From positions 744,001-808,000 of the forward strand of contig OZ176058.1 of the NCBI GenBank assembly GCA_964247055.1: DNA of 64,000 bases, read 5' to 3'. The position numbers and the translations under genes are program-made. The notes beneath the pieces were generated by a model that ran no database searches, was not told the origin of the DNA, and saw nothing but the letters and a program-made list of their open reading frames with translations. The stretch is from Paragordius varius. Lineage: Eukaryota; Animalia; Nematomorpha. The number at the start of each line of letters is the position of its first letter. Within the stretch, counting starts at the first letter, position 1. Of this stretch, positions 24,290 to 39,209 are shown piece by piece.

Positions 24290-25022
24290 TATGTTTATAT
24301 ATATTGACAAAAAATATTGACAAGCTGGATATATTACATAAAAATTGAAATTACAAGCTTCAAAAGGCTTAAAATGGCATAGTCAGAAGAAATTTAAAAA
24401 GATTTTGAGAAATTATATACTGCATATGTAAATCATTGTTTATATATATATATCTATATATTGACAAAAAATAGTTAAAATTTATATATATATATATTGA
24501 CAAAAAATGTTAACTTTTGATAAAAAAGCTGGATATATTACAGTAAAAATAATTCCAAGCTTCAAAGGCTAAAAATGGCATATTTAGAAGAAATTATTAA
24601 TTTTGAAATTATTTATTGCATTTATATATTAATGTTGTATATTGACAAAAAAAGCTAATTTTTGATAAAAGATGGATATATTGCAGTAAAATTGAAAATA
24701 TAAGCTTCAAAAGGCTCAAAATGGCATGGTCAGAAGAAATTTTTAATTTTGAACACATATGTCTACTAATATATATATATATATATATATTTGACAAAAA
24801 ATGTTCTTTTGATAAAAAAGAATGGATATATTACAGTAAAAATTGAAATTACAGCTTCAAAAGCTTAAAATAGCATAGTCAGAAGAAATTTTTAAATATT
24901 CTAAAAATATGTGTAGTAAAAAATGTTAACTTTTGTAAAAAGATGGATATATTACAGTAAAAATTGAAATTATAAGCTTCAAAACACTGACGGAAAAATG
25001 GGTTCTGTCGCCAAGAAAAATT
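24290..25022 (+). repeat. About five tandem 115-200 bp repeats directly downstream of the APRT stop
   Basis: Unit tatattgacaaaaaa..ttttgataaaaa..ggatatattacagtaaaaattgaaatt..aagcttcaaaaggct.aaaatggcat.gtcagaagaaattt, with cores near 24355, 24555, 24702, 24853 and 24974. Confidence 0.85.
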
Positions 25023-25541
25023 TTTTATTTTAAAAATATGTGTAGTCTAACCAATTTACATTATTGTTGGGCACAAATGGCACCACACAGTAGCATATAT
25101 TATAAAATTAGCTTTCTCCATAATTAATGTTGCGCAAGATGGAAAAAAACTATTTAATATCAGCCATTTGTTGTTTTTTATACCCACTCGCACGCTATTG
25201 TCTTGCCAATTGACGACAAACTATTATAATGAGAATAAATCCCCAACATAAATGTGCATTCTGAATAAATTCACGGCAGAATTTTGTAAAAAATGTAAAA
25301 TATAGTCTATGTAATTAGCTCATTAAACTGTTTTTTATAGGCTTATATATTTATATACACACTATATATATATATATATATTATGTGAATTATTACTATA
25401 TTAATGTATAATTTTGAAAATAATATTAGTTTTTTTGTATGCGGTGCTTATATTTTTTTGACAAAATGCTCTTTATTTTATTGCATATGCAAAATTATTT
25501 ATTATTTCTTGGTATAAAATTGAAAATTTATTTATTTGGGA

Positions 25542-25606
<65 letters not shown>

Positions 25607-25689
25607 GTTTGGCATTTAATTGATGAATCTAACTATTCCTTGGCGTAATAAATTAAGTCATTATATATATTTAGTATTGAAAATTTAAA

Positions 25690-26320
25690 ATATACTCATA
25701 AGTGGAAATGTTATTAAGCAACATATTTTATTTCAATTATTATTTGAATGTTGAAAATATATGGTTAATTGTTGGTCAACAAATATATTATTAGTAACCT
25801 ATTTTGTTGCAAATATTATTTAATTGTTGGAAATATATGGTTAATTGCAAATAAAAAATGTTATTGGGCAACATATTTTTTTTCCAAATTTTATTTGATT
25901 GTTGGTAATATATGGTTGATTGCTCGAAACGCAAAGATATGATTGGGTTGCTTATTTAAATTGTGTTGAATATATATGTATTGTTGGTAAACAAATATAT
26001 TATTGACCTATTTTTATTGTTGTAAATATATGTTGATTGGAAACAAAAAATGTTATTGAGCAACATATTTTAGTTGCAATTATTATTTGATTGTTGGAAA
26101 TATATGGTTAATTTTGATTGTTACAAATGTTTGATTTTATGAATATATATGGTTAATTGTTGGAAACAGAAAAATGTTATTGGGTAAAAATTTTTATAGT
26201 TGTAAATATTATTTAATTTTTGGGCTTATATGGTTAATTGTTGGTAAACAAATATATTATTAGTAACCTATTATAATTTTTGCAAATATTATTTAATTGT
26301 TGGAAACCTAATTGGGTAAC
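25690..26320. repeat. About 70-bp satellite, roughly 9 units, with two alternating subtypes
   Basis: Recurrent atatatggttaattgttgg followed alternately by aaatatattattagtaacc or aaaaatgttattg(a/g)gcaac. Confidence 0.8.
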
Positions 26321-26744
26321 GTTGGAAAAAGTATTTTATTATCTTTTTAGATATCGTCCATATTAATAATAAACTATATGGAAAGAACTTTCAAATCATT
26401 AGTGTAAACGAAATAAAGCTAGTTTTTAAATTTTTAATTTTGTAACTTATAACGTATTAAAAAGCCAATGTTTTAAATAATTCCATCATTATTTTTTGTT
26501 TTGAAATTTAGATTATCAAAGATAATATATTACATTATTATATTTATTCATAAAAAATAAAGCTTTAAATTAATAAATATATATATAAAATGTTTAATTC
26601 TTTTAGTTTTGCAAAAATCAAACGTTTTACATCTATCTGTCTGTACATTATCAATACTATAAACTTTATCATAATTTTATAATATTTTAGATCAAACATA
26701 TTTCAAAATTATTATTACTATTAATTCTAATTTAATTTCACTCC

Positions 26745-27605
26745 ACATTTATTATAAAATCGCTATCTGTTGGGAAAAATATCACTAAGACTTATTTGGG
26801 AGCTTATTTTGAAGTTATGATTTGGGCAACCGTCCATTGGCCTAAAACCTTTTGCGAAGGATCAAAAATGTTGTAAAGTTTTGCGTATTTAGTGATTCTA
26901 TCAGATATAAGTGCCGTGATTTTGGTGATGCAAAAACTATCAGTTTTTTTATAATATCGAGGTGAGATTTCTTCTATGGAATTAAATTGAATTTGAGATT
27001 TTCCAATGAGGGGATCTTGTCAAATTCAATGCCCGAGTTGAAAATTTTCTTTAGAGAAAAGTAGTGTAGATCAAATCTCTTCCGCGTGTTTGAAAATACA
27101 CCATCATTACCTGGGGGCGAGTTTATATACTGTAAAGTTTGCTATTATTTCGGAATAGAAGAACGACTCTAACTCGGACAATTCTATTCTGTTAAAGGTG
27201 GCTGGTTTTGAACTCAGAAGAGGGGGATTACTAATTCTGTTATCTAATGAATTTTCAATCGTTTCGGTGTCGATATCGAAGTATTAGGAAATCCCTATAA
27301 TAAAAATGGCTTTCTTGTGGTTAAAATTATAGACGCTCAAAATAGTTTGGTTTGAGGGGGTTATTCCTGCCGGGATGGGTCAGAACATAGGATTATTATT
27401 TCGTAAAGAATGTCTTTGAATTAGATTTATACGTAGGTTTAATGAATCTGGCAAGTAGTGGATTCGGCCAGTTCCTACTATTGGATTTTACTCATCCGGT
27501 GATATAGATAGTTCGTTTGTGCAGAAGTATGGGTTTTATTGCTCCCTTTTTGAATATTGGGACTTTATTAGTTTTAAAATGTGAAATTGTTTTTGGATTG
27601 ACCAA
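26745..27605 (-). mobile_element. Decayed non-LTR retrotransposon RT fragment (R2/NeSL/R4-like), copy 1
   Basis: Minus-strand translation across frameshifts gives NSPPGNDGV (27101-27124), KIFNSG, NIFDPSQ and KGFRPMDGCPNHNF (26812-26853), matching the SPGxDG and QxGFxxxDGC motifs of early-branching LINE RTs. Nothing beyond RT domain 2. Confidence 0.75.
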
Positions 27606-27649
27606 AAATTAAATATTTTCAAATGCGGAATAAAAAAAACACATTTTGA

Positions 27650-28662
27650 AAGTTTCTGTTATAATTTATTGAACGAAATTTTTTTTTAAGAGAAGGTATA
27701 TATTTTAAATTTTTTAGTTTTACAAATATATCATAAAAACAAATGTAGCGTTATTTTTATTTAATGCTTTAAACATTTTCGTATATGTTAAAGATCCGAC
27801 ATCTTTTTACTAAGACCATTTTTTAATATTATGAAAATTTAAAAAATATAATTAATAAAACTTAGAATACCAGTCAAAAGCCATAGGGTCTACATAACTC
27901 TACATGAACAAAATAGGTTATAAAACAGTATTTGTCTTTTAGAAAATATATTTTTTAATTTTAATTTGAAACTGAATAAATACATTTTATACTGTACTTT
28001 TAAGGTTATGAATATTTAAAAGAGAATCGCCATTGGTTTTTAAAAAGAAAATACACATTATTTGTAAAATTAAATTTTTATTTAAAACGTATGTATTTTT
28101 CGGGGTATATAAAAAATTTAGCCTAATATACCCATTTGAACTTCAAGAGTAAACACTTTAAGTTGGTCCTTTACTATTTCAAGTTCGTCCTTTAACATTT
28201 CAAGTTCGTCCTTCAACACTTGGACCTTAAACAGTTTGTTAAAATTTTGATTCAACCATAATTTTTGCATGTATTTTTATATTTTATTTTTAACCTAATT
28301 TTCTTTATTTATTATTGTTCATTTAAAAAAAATTTTGTTCAACCACTTTTTTGTTTCAAACTTAAATATTTTTCCAATTAACAAAATTATTAACTTTTAA
28401 TTTTCAAAAAAAAATCGGGAAACTTATATAATTTTTTTAATTACATATTTAAATCATATAAATATCCAAAATAATTTTAAGATATTAATAAAGATATACG
28501 GTTCCTCACTGATTAAAGGTTGATATTGATTTAAATATTATGTAAAATAATAGAAAATATAAACGATGAAATAGATGAATGATATACGATTTGATTTGAA
28601 AAGTAAAAATAAAACAAAAAAGTAAAAAATATTCAAGTATATTCTTTAAGTGTAAACGATAC

Positions 28663-28701
<39 letters not shown>

Positions 28702-30697
28702 TTATATTCGAAATTAACTGATAAACGGCCCTTATATATAGTAAATATTTTTTATAAAATAATATTTTTTGATGGATATTTACACCAATAATTATTAGTT
28801 TTACAAATTAAATAAACCAATAAAGAAAGAATATTTAAGATTATTTAGTTTGATTAAATATAAATGGTCGGAAAGTTGTGTAAAATAAGATAATTTTTAA
28901 ATTTATTAAATCATTTAAAATGTCTACTAATAATTACTTTTATAGCAATAAAATCTAAAATTACACGATACTATTAATTTTAATAAGGTGTATATTAAAT
29001 ATTACTATTTATTTTTGATATTGGTGTTAATGTATACAATTACAGTTCAAATTCACCCCTGAACAATTCGAATTCCGCCAACAATTCAAATTCCCACTAA
29101 AATAAATTATGTGTTTTTATAAGATTACAATTACCATTATTTTTTAATATTTCAAATATAAAATTTTGTTTAAAATTAATATAATGCTGAAAAAATAATA
29201 AACTATTTAGAAAAAAGTTTCATATTAATGATAAGGTTTATTTTAGCCCAACACATATTTATTTTTAGGGAGAATTCGAATTGTAAATGGTATATCATGA
29301 AATATGTCACAATAATTATCAATTATTGTTTCCGCAATAATATAATGTTTGGGTATAATTTACATTTTCTGGTTATGTAACATTTTAAAATATGCAATGA
29401 AACGAAAACATGGTTTTAAAAGACGGGCTCTTAAATATCAGAAAGGAATTAAAAAAGTGTAATCATATAACTTATAAAAGTAATAAATTTTAGTATAACT
29501 TATTATTAATAATATGTATGAATTGTGCTTCAGATTATCAATGGACCCGATTATAATCCCGGTTTTGGGAATAATACACGTGTTTAATATTTGCCATAAA
29601 TTGATTGATAGATATCGAAAAAATTATCAATTTTTAAGTATTCTTTTTTTTCTATATTTTACTCTGCAGATATATTCAAAAAAGGAATAAATTAATGATT
29701 TAAGTTTTTAGGCTTATAAAGTTGCACCCACAAACTAGTAAGTAAATCTACCTTACACAATTATAATAGAAGAACAAGTACCCTTTTAAAGTATCATAAA
29801 AGGTTATGATTCATAAATCTAATTTTTAATTTTCCCTGTTTATAAAGAACAGCTCAGAGAACGGATCATTATATGGCGTTTGTTTCAGAAATAAATGCGT
29901 TGATTTTTGGCATTTTATTTTAATGTTATAATTACATATTTAGTTAAGATATATATTGGGGTATTGTTCTAATAGCAAGTCACAATTGTTTTTGCAAAAT
30001 TGTATTAAACATGCATCAGGAAAAAAATTACATTTATATTTCTCGGTTAAAATACTATATCAAATTAAAATTAAATCCCATTTTAAAATGATGATGTTGC
30101 CCATTCATCCAAAACGCTCATTTTTGCCGATTAAGAATTTAAAAATTATATTTTAAATGATTTTTTTGTATATCGTACTTAAAAGCATTAGTTTTATACA
30201 TACCCTCTTGTATTACCTATTGGCCGACAATAAAGCGGGCCAGTTTATATCAAAATGTTTCAGCACAATAAATAGAGATTAGCTTTCTCAAATAAATGAT
30301 TATTAAAAAATACTTTTTTAAAATTGCATTACATTTAATTTGTGTAATAAGAAAAGCTTGACCTGTTGACTTAGCATATGAGTGATTTGTATTAAATCAA
30401 GGTTATAGAATATGCGGCCATTGAATTATTTTCTGTAAAAAGTATTTAATTGTTTACATCTTAAAAATTCATTTATAAGATAAAACTTAAGCATTTTTTA
30501 TCACACTAATTAAAGCGAGATGGCGTAGAAAAATATTTTTCCCATGAGGATACATGGATATGTTTCATGTGGAGAGAATCCAACTTTATAAGTTTTTTTA
30601 AAATATATATTTATACCATTAAATATAAGAATCTATAAATATTTACTACCTACTAGAAAAGCAACCATTTATTTATTGTTTTGAACTAAATTTGAAT

Positions 30698-30737
<40 letters not shown>

Positions 30738-32466
30738 TATGCAGACAAATCGTATATAACAAAAATAAAAATTTTAAATGGAAAACATATTTTTTATTAT
30801 GATTACTCATCGTTTTCTGTTGCAATATAAAAAATCGAGGTGAAAATTGGTAACACACTCGTTTAGCTAAAATTGTAATTACATAGTTAACTTAGGTAAA
30901 GTAGATATTAAAAAGTTTAAAAACACATGGGGAAAATAATTATTTTTTCGTAATATGAAATAAAATAAATGATAAAGCATGACATTTATTTTCAAACCAA
31001 TAAAGATGAACCATAAAACAATATATATAACCTATACTCTTAATTATATAGGTGACGTTTTTAATTAAAATTATCGTGAAAGCAATTGATTTTTACTGAG
31101 ATATATAATTATTATTGATCTGTCATTTTAATTTTTATGTGTTTTAAACATAAAAAATGTAATCAAAAAATTATACAAAAAAATATTTTTAATAAAATTG
31201 ATATGCCATTTGAGTCTTCATTATTGAAGGTTTCCAATAATAATATTATTATAAATTTGTTAGACTACTTATTATTGTAAGACTATTCTTATAAAATATA
31301 AATTATTTTCACACATTATCTAAAATGTTACAGACAAAATGAAAAATTTAAAGTATATTTTTTGCTAAAAGAAAACATTTTTAACATCTTGAGTTCCTAC
31401 ATAATCTATTTTACTGTCAATTATTAAATTTCATATAATCAGTGTGATATTAATTTATTTATTTTATCCGAAATTAAGTAATATTAAATGCAAATATAGA
31501 AGGTTGTTTAAAGAGTATGTTGTTTTTTGATATAAAATATGTTTGTCTTTATATTTTTACTTTGGGTCTGTGTAATTTAAATTATTACTGATAATAAACG
31601 CCCCCGTAAAACAAAGCTGGCTTGTAATTCTAAAAATTTAAATTGACCTAACATTTAGTGGCACATAAATGTAAAAATGTTTTATTATAAAAAATATTTT
31701 TAATTCTACATTCATTATTTAATTTTTTAATTTTATATCACATGAATCCCGCTTTTAGTATTTATATAACTTTTCCCATTTAACCTTTTCACGATATTGT
31801 GGGTTTCGAAATAATTTTTTTTATTAAAATTAAAAAAGCATAATCTCTCAGCAAACAATCATCATACTTATACGGTAACAAGAGCTATTATTGGCCATTT
31901 TGTTTAATTGGATACATGTAAGTTAGTTTTCAATAGGTTCATTTTTTTATAATTTTTAAAAATATATTATATATCTTTCTTGTAGCCGATTAGAATTTTA
32001 GGTGTTTTGATTTCGAGGGATAGAATAGGAGTGTTCTATATATGTCCTCTTGACTAATATTGGCTTTGCTCAGTTATAATATAAATTATAAGTTTGGATT
32101 TGTCTTTATATTTTGTCTGTTTAATTTTAATGTTTATATTGTATAGGTATATCTCAACCAAAAATTTATATACTAACGAGAGCAGCGTTAGTACATTATC
32201 ATTGGTAGCCAAGACGAGAAAAACTATAGTAAAGATAGGATATTATTGGTTTTTTACAAAAGAAATTGACCATAACAATGTTCTCATCAAATTTCGATTA
32301 AAAATTGTTAAAATATTTAATGTAGCGTTTATATTAAAAGTTTTTTCTTTTTTATAGTAAATTTAGAATAAAATCTGCCATCTATTTATAAAAGTTTTTT
32401 AACGGACAAAAGGCAATAAAAAAAAATTTGAGAAAACATAAACATACCTTTTTAAATCTAAATATT

Positions 32467-32497
<31 letters not shown>

Positions 32498-33020
32498 ATG
32501 GATGTTTTACAATCTACATTTCTATTAATATTTTAGAATTAACAACAAAAATTATATTTTACTCATCAACCCGTTTGTCTTGGGATAGGGTCAGATGCTG
32601 ATACACATTTAATTTTATGTTTGTGTTAATTGATTAAACTTTTTTTAATGTAAATAATCTGGCATTGTCGGTTTCGATTAAATGAGTGGATTCATACGTA
32701 CATTACAGTAAAAATTATGCAGTTTTTCTTAATTTTTAATAAACCAAATTGTTTAAATTTGAAAATTATATAAAAAAGATATTGGTAACACATTCAATTA
32801 TGTTATTTAAAATTCTAATATAATAATAAATAAGAAAAAATTAAGGATAGTAAAACTATAGCGGTGTTTTAAAAAAAGGTTTATATATTTTACGTTTTGT
32901 ACGTATAATTTCAATTTTTACAATTGTATTCAATGTGGTTCAAAATCATTAAGATGAAATAACTTTGAATCTTTTACCAACGGGAAGAGCCTATTAATAG
33001 TAGTATACTTAACAATTTGT
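27650..33020. repeat. Segmental-duplication block, copy 3
   Basis: Collinear with 95-3700, 12.1-15.0 kb and 53.7-57.7 kb (e.g. tttactcatcaacccgtttg at 32558 / 57170). Confidence 0.85.
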
Positions 33021-33321
33021 TTTTAAACCTTTGACATATAAAGTATCTAAAATAGAAAATAAAAATACAAATATTGTCGCGAATATAGCATTTGAACTTC
33101 AAGTTGGTCCTTGATCACTGAAAAGTGTTTTTTAAATACTTCAAGTTGTTTTTAAATACTTTAAGTTGTTTTTTAAATAATTCAAGTTGGTTCTTTGACG
33201 ATTTGTTTTGTTTAATAATCAGACGTGTATCATCCATCTATTTTATCATTTTTAATTTATTTTTAATATTAAACATTTTTATAATTTTATTTTTCCCAAT
33301 TTTTCATTAAAAATATTTATA

Positions 33322-36300
33322 CCATTTTTCATGCAAAAACATCATTTTTTCAACCAAATGCAACATTTTTTCAACCAAACGCAACATTTTTTCAAGCAAA
33401 CGCAACATTTTTTCAAGCAAAGACAACAATTTTTCAAGCAAACGCAACATTTTTTCAAGCAAATACAACAATTTTTCAAGCAAACGCAACATTTTTTCAA
33501 GCAAACGCAACATTTTTTCATCCAAACGCAACATTTTTTCAACCAAACGCAACATTTTTTCAACCAAAGACAACATTTTTTCAAGCAAAAACAACAATTT
33601 TTTAAAAATTAAAAACCATTTTTTTTATTTTAAGACATATTAAATTTAAAGTTAATGGAAATTAATTTTAGCGTAGAATTATAATTTTTATTATTTTATC
33701 ATAAATATGTGATGGTATGATTGATTTTCAAACAAAATTTTGCCCATAATTGCATTATTTATATTATATTTTTTTCTTTTACAACAGTTTCACGAAATCA
33801 ATAAATACAACTTGCGCTTTAAGAGTGTCTTGTTTAAAGTTTCTTTCATTTTTTTGCAAACAACAATTATTTTCGTATGTAATTATCTATTTTTTTAAAT
33901 TTAAACTAATATCTTTATTTATTAGTATTTGAATCAAAAATAATATTTTTATAGTAAAAACATCTTTATTTGTTTCGAACTAATTTTCTTTAAATCAATA
34001 TTATTAACTTATTGATGTTTTAAACTAAATATTACGATTAATAACCCACAAATCCTAGATGTTTAATAATGTTAAATTTTTTATAAAAAATAATATTGAT
34101 ATACGGTTCTTATGAAAGAAATGGTATTTACCTAAAAGTTAAGGAAATAAAGAAAATAGGTTAATGATAGGATAGATGAATATAATATTGCTTGATTAAT
34201 AAAAGTTAGAATCGAAATCAAAATATTGAAGGACCAAATTTAAGTGTTCTAGGACCAACTTTAAATTTTCAAGAACAATTTTGAAGCGCAAAATGTATGG
34301 ACTGATAAGGTTAAACTAAAGTTGTAAAAGAATAAAATAATATAAATAATGCAATTATGGGCAAAATTTTGTTTGAAAATCAATCATACCATCACATATT
34401 TATGATAAAATAATAAAAATTATAATTCTACGCTAAAATTAATTTCCATTAACTTTAAATTTAATATGTCTTAAAATAAAAAAAATGGTTTTTAATTTTT
34501 AAAAAATTGTTGTTTTTGCTTGAAAAAATGTTGTCTTTGGTTGAAAAAATGTTGTATTTGGTTGAAAAAATGTTGCGTTTGCTTGAAAAAATGTTGTATT
34601 TGGTTGAAAAAATGTTGCGTTTGCTTGAAAAAATGTTGTCTTTGCTTGAAAAAATGTTGCAATTGCTTGAAAAATTGTTGCATTTGCTTGAAAAAATGTT
34701 GCGTTTGCTTGAAAAAATGGTGCGTTTGCTTGAAAAAATGTTGCGTTTGCTTGAATGCAAAAACATCATTTTTTCAAGCAAACGCACCATTTTTTCAAGC
34801 AAACGCAACATTTTTTCAAGCAAATGCAACAATTTTTCAAGCAATTGCAACATTTTTTCAAGCAAAGACAACATTTTTTCAAGCAAACGCAACATTTTTT
34901 CAACCAAATACAACATTTTTTCAAGCAAACGCAACATTTTTTCAACCAAATACAACATTTTTTCATCCAAACGCAACATTTTTTCAACCAAAGACAACAT
35001 TTTTTCAAGCAAAAACAACACTTTTTTTAATATTAAAAAGAATTATTATTTATTGTTAATTATAATTTATTTATTAAATTTTAAGTATATGTAATTTATT
35101 TTTAGCGTTGAATTATGATTTTTATCGTTTTATCATCAATACTTGATGGTAAAATTGATTTTCAAACATTTTGAATTTGCCCATAAATTGCCTTATTTAT
35201 TTATATTAATTATATTTTTCTTTTACAATTTTGATTTCGCCTAATCGAATTATTTAATTTACACTTCAAAAATGTCTTTGAAAGTTTAAAGTTGTCCTTC
35301 ACTTCAAGTGGGTCCTTTGACTTTTTTGTTTTGTTTTTAACTTTTATTAATTAAATCGTAAATAATTCTTCTATTTTATTGTTTTTAATCTATTTTCTGT
35401 TATTTAACATAAATTTTAAATCGATATCATCTTTTAATCTTTGAGAAACCGTATATTAATTTCTTAAAATAATTTTAGATATTTATAACACGAAAAAAAA
35501 TATATGAGTTTTCTGGGTTATTAAAAAAATTTCATTAAAAACATTAAAAGTTAATAATTTTGTTCAATTTTTGAAACAAAAAAGTGGTTTTTCAATAAAA
35601 AATTTTATTTTTAAATGGATAAATATATAATAAATAAAGAAAATTAGGTTAATAAATAATAATATATATTAAAAAATAAATGCAAAAATTAGGGTAAAAC
35701 AAAATTTATATATTTTAAGGACCAACTTAAAGACTTCAAGGACCAACTGGAAATGTTCAAGGACCAACTTGAAGTGTTCAAGGACACTGTTGAAGTGCAA
35801 ATTAAATAATTTGATTAGGCGAAACCAAAATTGTAAAAGAAAATAATTAATATAAATAAATAAGGCAATTTATGGGCAAATTCAAAATGTTTGAAAATCA
35901 ATTTTACCATCAAGTATTGATGATAAAACGATAAAAATCATAATTCAACGCTAAAAATAAATTACATTTACTTAAAATTTAATAAATAAATTATAATTAA
36001 CAATAAATAATAATTCTTTTTAATATTAAAAAAAGTGTTGTTTTTGCTTGAAAAAATGTTGTCTTTGGTTGAAAAAATGTTGCGTTTGGATGAAAAAATG
36101 TTGTATTTGGTTGAAAAAATGTTGCGTTTGGTTGAAAAAATGTTGCGTTTGGATGAAAAAATGTTGTATTTGGTTGAAAAAATGTTGCGTTTGCTTGAAA
36201 AAATGTTGTCTTTGCTTGGAAAAATGTTGCATTTGCTTGAAAAATTGTTGCCTTTGCTTGAAAAAATGTTGCGTTTGCTTGAAAAAATGGTGCGTTTGCT

Positions 36301-36331
36301 TGAAAAAATGATGTTTTTGCATGAAAAATGG
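33322..36331. mobile_element. Foldback-like complex: two elements with long TIRs carrying 21-bp arrays (CAAGCAAACGCAACATTTTTT)n, fused head to head at about 34754
   Basis: Outer ends TA|CCATTTTTCATGC and GCATGAAAAATGG|TA. 33600-33785 is a near-exact inverse of 34321-34505, and 35030-35270 of 35780-36040. Arrays at 33331-33600(+), 34507-34753(-), 34755-35030(+) and 36040-36320(-). Confidence 0.8.
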
Positions 36332-39209
36332 TATAGGTTAATAATTGTGTTATTTAAATTACTTTAATAGAAGAAAAGGGTTTTTGAATAAAATTTTTTT
36401 TTAAATAAATAAATATATAATAAATAAATAAAATTTGGCTAAAAAATACATACAAAATTATAGTTAAATAAAACTTTAATTTTTAAGGACCATCTTGAAG
36501 TGTTCAAAGACGAACTTGTGCAAATGATATATGTCCCCCAACATTGTGCTTGTTTATATTATAGAAATACAAGAATGGGGTTATCTTTTGAAAAAAATAT
36601 TTGTCATATGTTTTTAAGTTTTGTGTGAATATCAATTTTACTGTATAGGTATATCTCAACAAATAAATATAATAAGGAGAGCGGCGTTAATGATACATAC
36701 TGGCGAGCAAGATAGAAAAACCATAGTAAACATGGTAAATGGGATTTTTAAGAAAGAAAATTAAATAACAATGTTCTTATTAAATTTTGATTAAAAATTG
36801 TATAAACATTTAACATGAAGTTCAATATTTACAGTTATTTAGATGACTAGAGAGAGCTAAAATCTGCAACCCATTTGCTATAATTGATATTATACGGACA
36901 AAACGCAAAAACATAAAGACAAACATTTTTTCAAAAGATAACCATATTCTAAACCCTTAATTTTCCAATTTTTATTGAATTACTATTGTAATTAACATAA
37001 ACAATACTGTTACCAATCTCCATTCCTTTTCATATTTAATATAAAACAATGAGTAATTAAAAAAATCAAGTCTAAAACTACTTCTGTCTTTCAAAAAAAA
37101 ATAATTTTATTATTTTTCCGTTTTAAAACTTAGCATACATGATTTAAAAAAATATATTAAATTCATACACCTGTCAAATTTATTTTAATAATTTAGGTTG
37201 TGCCTGTATAATTTTATTTTTATTGTGTATTTAAAAACAGATTGGATGGAGTTTATTTTACCGACACAGGTAAATTCTTCCTCTTGGAAAAAACAGCATT
37301 CATTGCTTTGTAAGCATGCATTAAATCCGCTTTGGTGTAGAATTATTCAATTTAATTTTTATAACTCTTGTTTTAGGAACAATTGTTTCAAAATTGGAGC
37401 TAATTGAAAGACTTGATTTTATGCTTTTTTTCTACCTCCTACATTTTTGATATAACTTCGAAATTATCGGTAGGTGAATTGTATGCAGACACTAAAAAAA
37501 GGGTGACTCAGCTTTAAGAAAGCGAGAATGGTATTTTGAATTGGTTGGTTAAAAATTATTACAATGAAAAATGCATATATTGCGTTTAACATATACTAAT
37601 GGAATAATATTTTGCATCGGAAACTGCTAAATTTTCATTAAACAGCGCTACACTATTAAATATCGAAAAGAGCAAGTTTTTTTCTAAAAATTTTATTTTT
37701 AAATTATCATATATTAAAATTCAATCCTTCAGGCATAATGGAGTTTAAAACCGTGCTGTGGGTTAAAAATACATGTATGGTATCCGATCAGTTTCAGTTA
37801 ATTTTTTTATTTAAAGAATATTTATAGGTTTCCACACATTAATTATATGTTTTATAAGGTAAATAAATATAATTAACTTAGTTAAGGAAGAAATTTTTTC
37901 AAAAATTATCAAGGTAACTTGAAATGTTTAAGGTGAATTCGAAATGTTTAAGTGAAAGAACATAAATTGCCGAATATATTATTTACTGTTTAATTTTCGA
38001 AAATATTGTTAAAATAGTAACTGTTAAATAAATAATTTTCGGTTTTCTAATAATATATAAATATATATAATATTGAAAGTTTTACAGTATTGCTTAGTAT
38101 TCAATATAGAAAGAAAGCAGCCATCTAATTATTATCACCTATAATATATAATAAATGAAATTTTGTATATAGCTTTTTTAAGTTAATAATTAAAATATAT
38201 TTATATATTCCTGCGTTATTTTCCAATTATGTTTCCATAAATAGCCAAAATATCTAATTAAAATTTAGTTTTGAAAAAATATCCATATCGAACTATTCGA
38301 CACCATTTTTATTTTTGTAAAAATCGTGTTTATTTTTTGGAGCTATATTAAATTTAAAAATCACATCTAGCAATGATAAAACAGAAAAAGTGGTTTATTT
38401 TATATTATTTTAAATTTAGCTGATGCACACATGCCATATTGACTAAATTTTTACCCGTTAGTTTTACTTTAAAATAAGTCAAGTATTTTTTACTGAATAT
38501 TTTTTTATATTAAGGTTTATTAAGTTATATAAGTGCAAACTTTTGCCATGGTTTCAATTCATTTCATATTATTTGAACTTAATTTTAAACAGGCCTGGGG
38601 TATTATAAAACCCCAATTTGAATCGTAGGACTAAAATGAAACTGGTTAATAGAACTTTGCAATTGAACAATTTAAATCCGAAAATGGAAATAAATTAACA
38701 TATATATTTTTGATAAAAATAATCTGATGGAAAAATCACGTTGTGATTTAAAAATTGTTATATTGTGAAAAATATTTAAGATGTAATATAATTTTTAATA
38801 TATCCAAATTAAATAATTTTTTAGTACTAAATTTAGTATTGGTTAATTTAATTTAAAAAAGTGTGCACAAATTATAAATAAGTTATATATTTTGTGTGGT
38901 AGGGTTATAATAAATTTACATATCCAGTACATTTTAAGTAAACCAATTAAATTTATAAAAATTATATGATATTAAAATATTATTTATACACTTGAGTGTT
39001 ACCATTTTACCTGTGTATTTCTCATTTTGAAAACTAAAAGGATACCATATAAACACATTTAATGTTAAATCGGTAAACCTACAGGTTTTACAGTAGTTGG
39101 TAAATGATTTTAATAGGATTTAAGATGAAAAAATAAGGTATTTTTTAAAAAAATTTGTCTTTATATTTTTACGTTTTGTCCGTAAAACTTCATTTTTTAC
39201 TGTAATATA

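Noticed and set aside
33307-36367. Long ORFs reading LEKMLRL, KKCCV or QHFFKQ repeats
   Set aside because: These are translations of a non-coding 21-bp minisatellite, open in several frames on both strands and mirrored by the inverted repeats.
37198-37800. Exon-like GC-richer patches with possible 27-31 nt introns
   Set aside because: No consistent frame or recognisable protein on either strand; unresolved. The same applies to 25040-25300 and 58000-59100.
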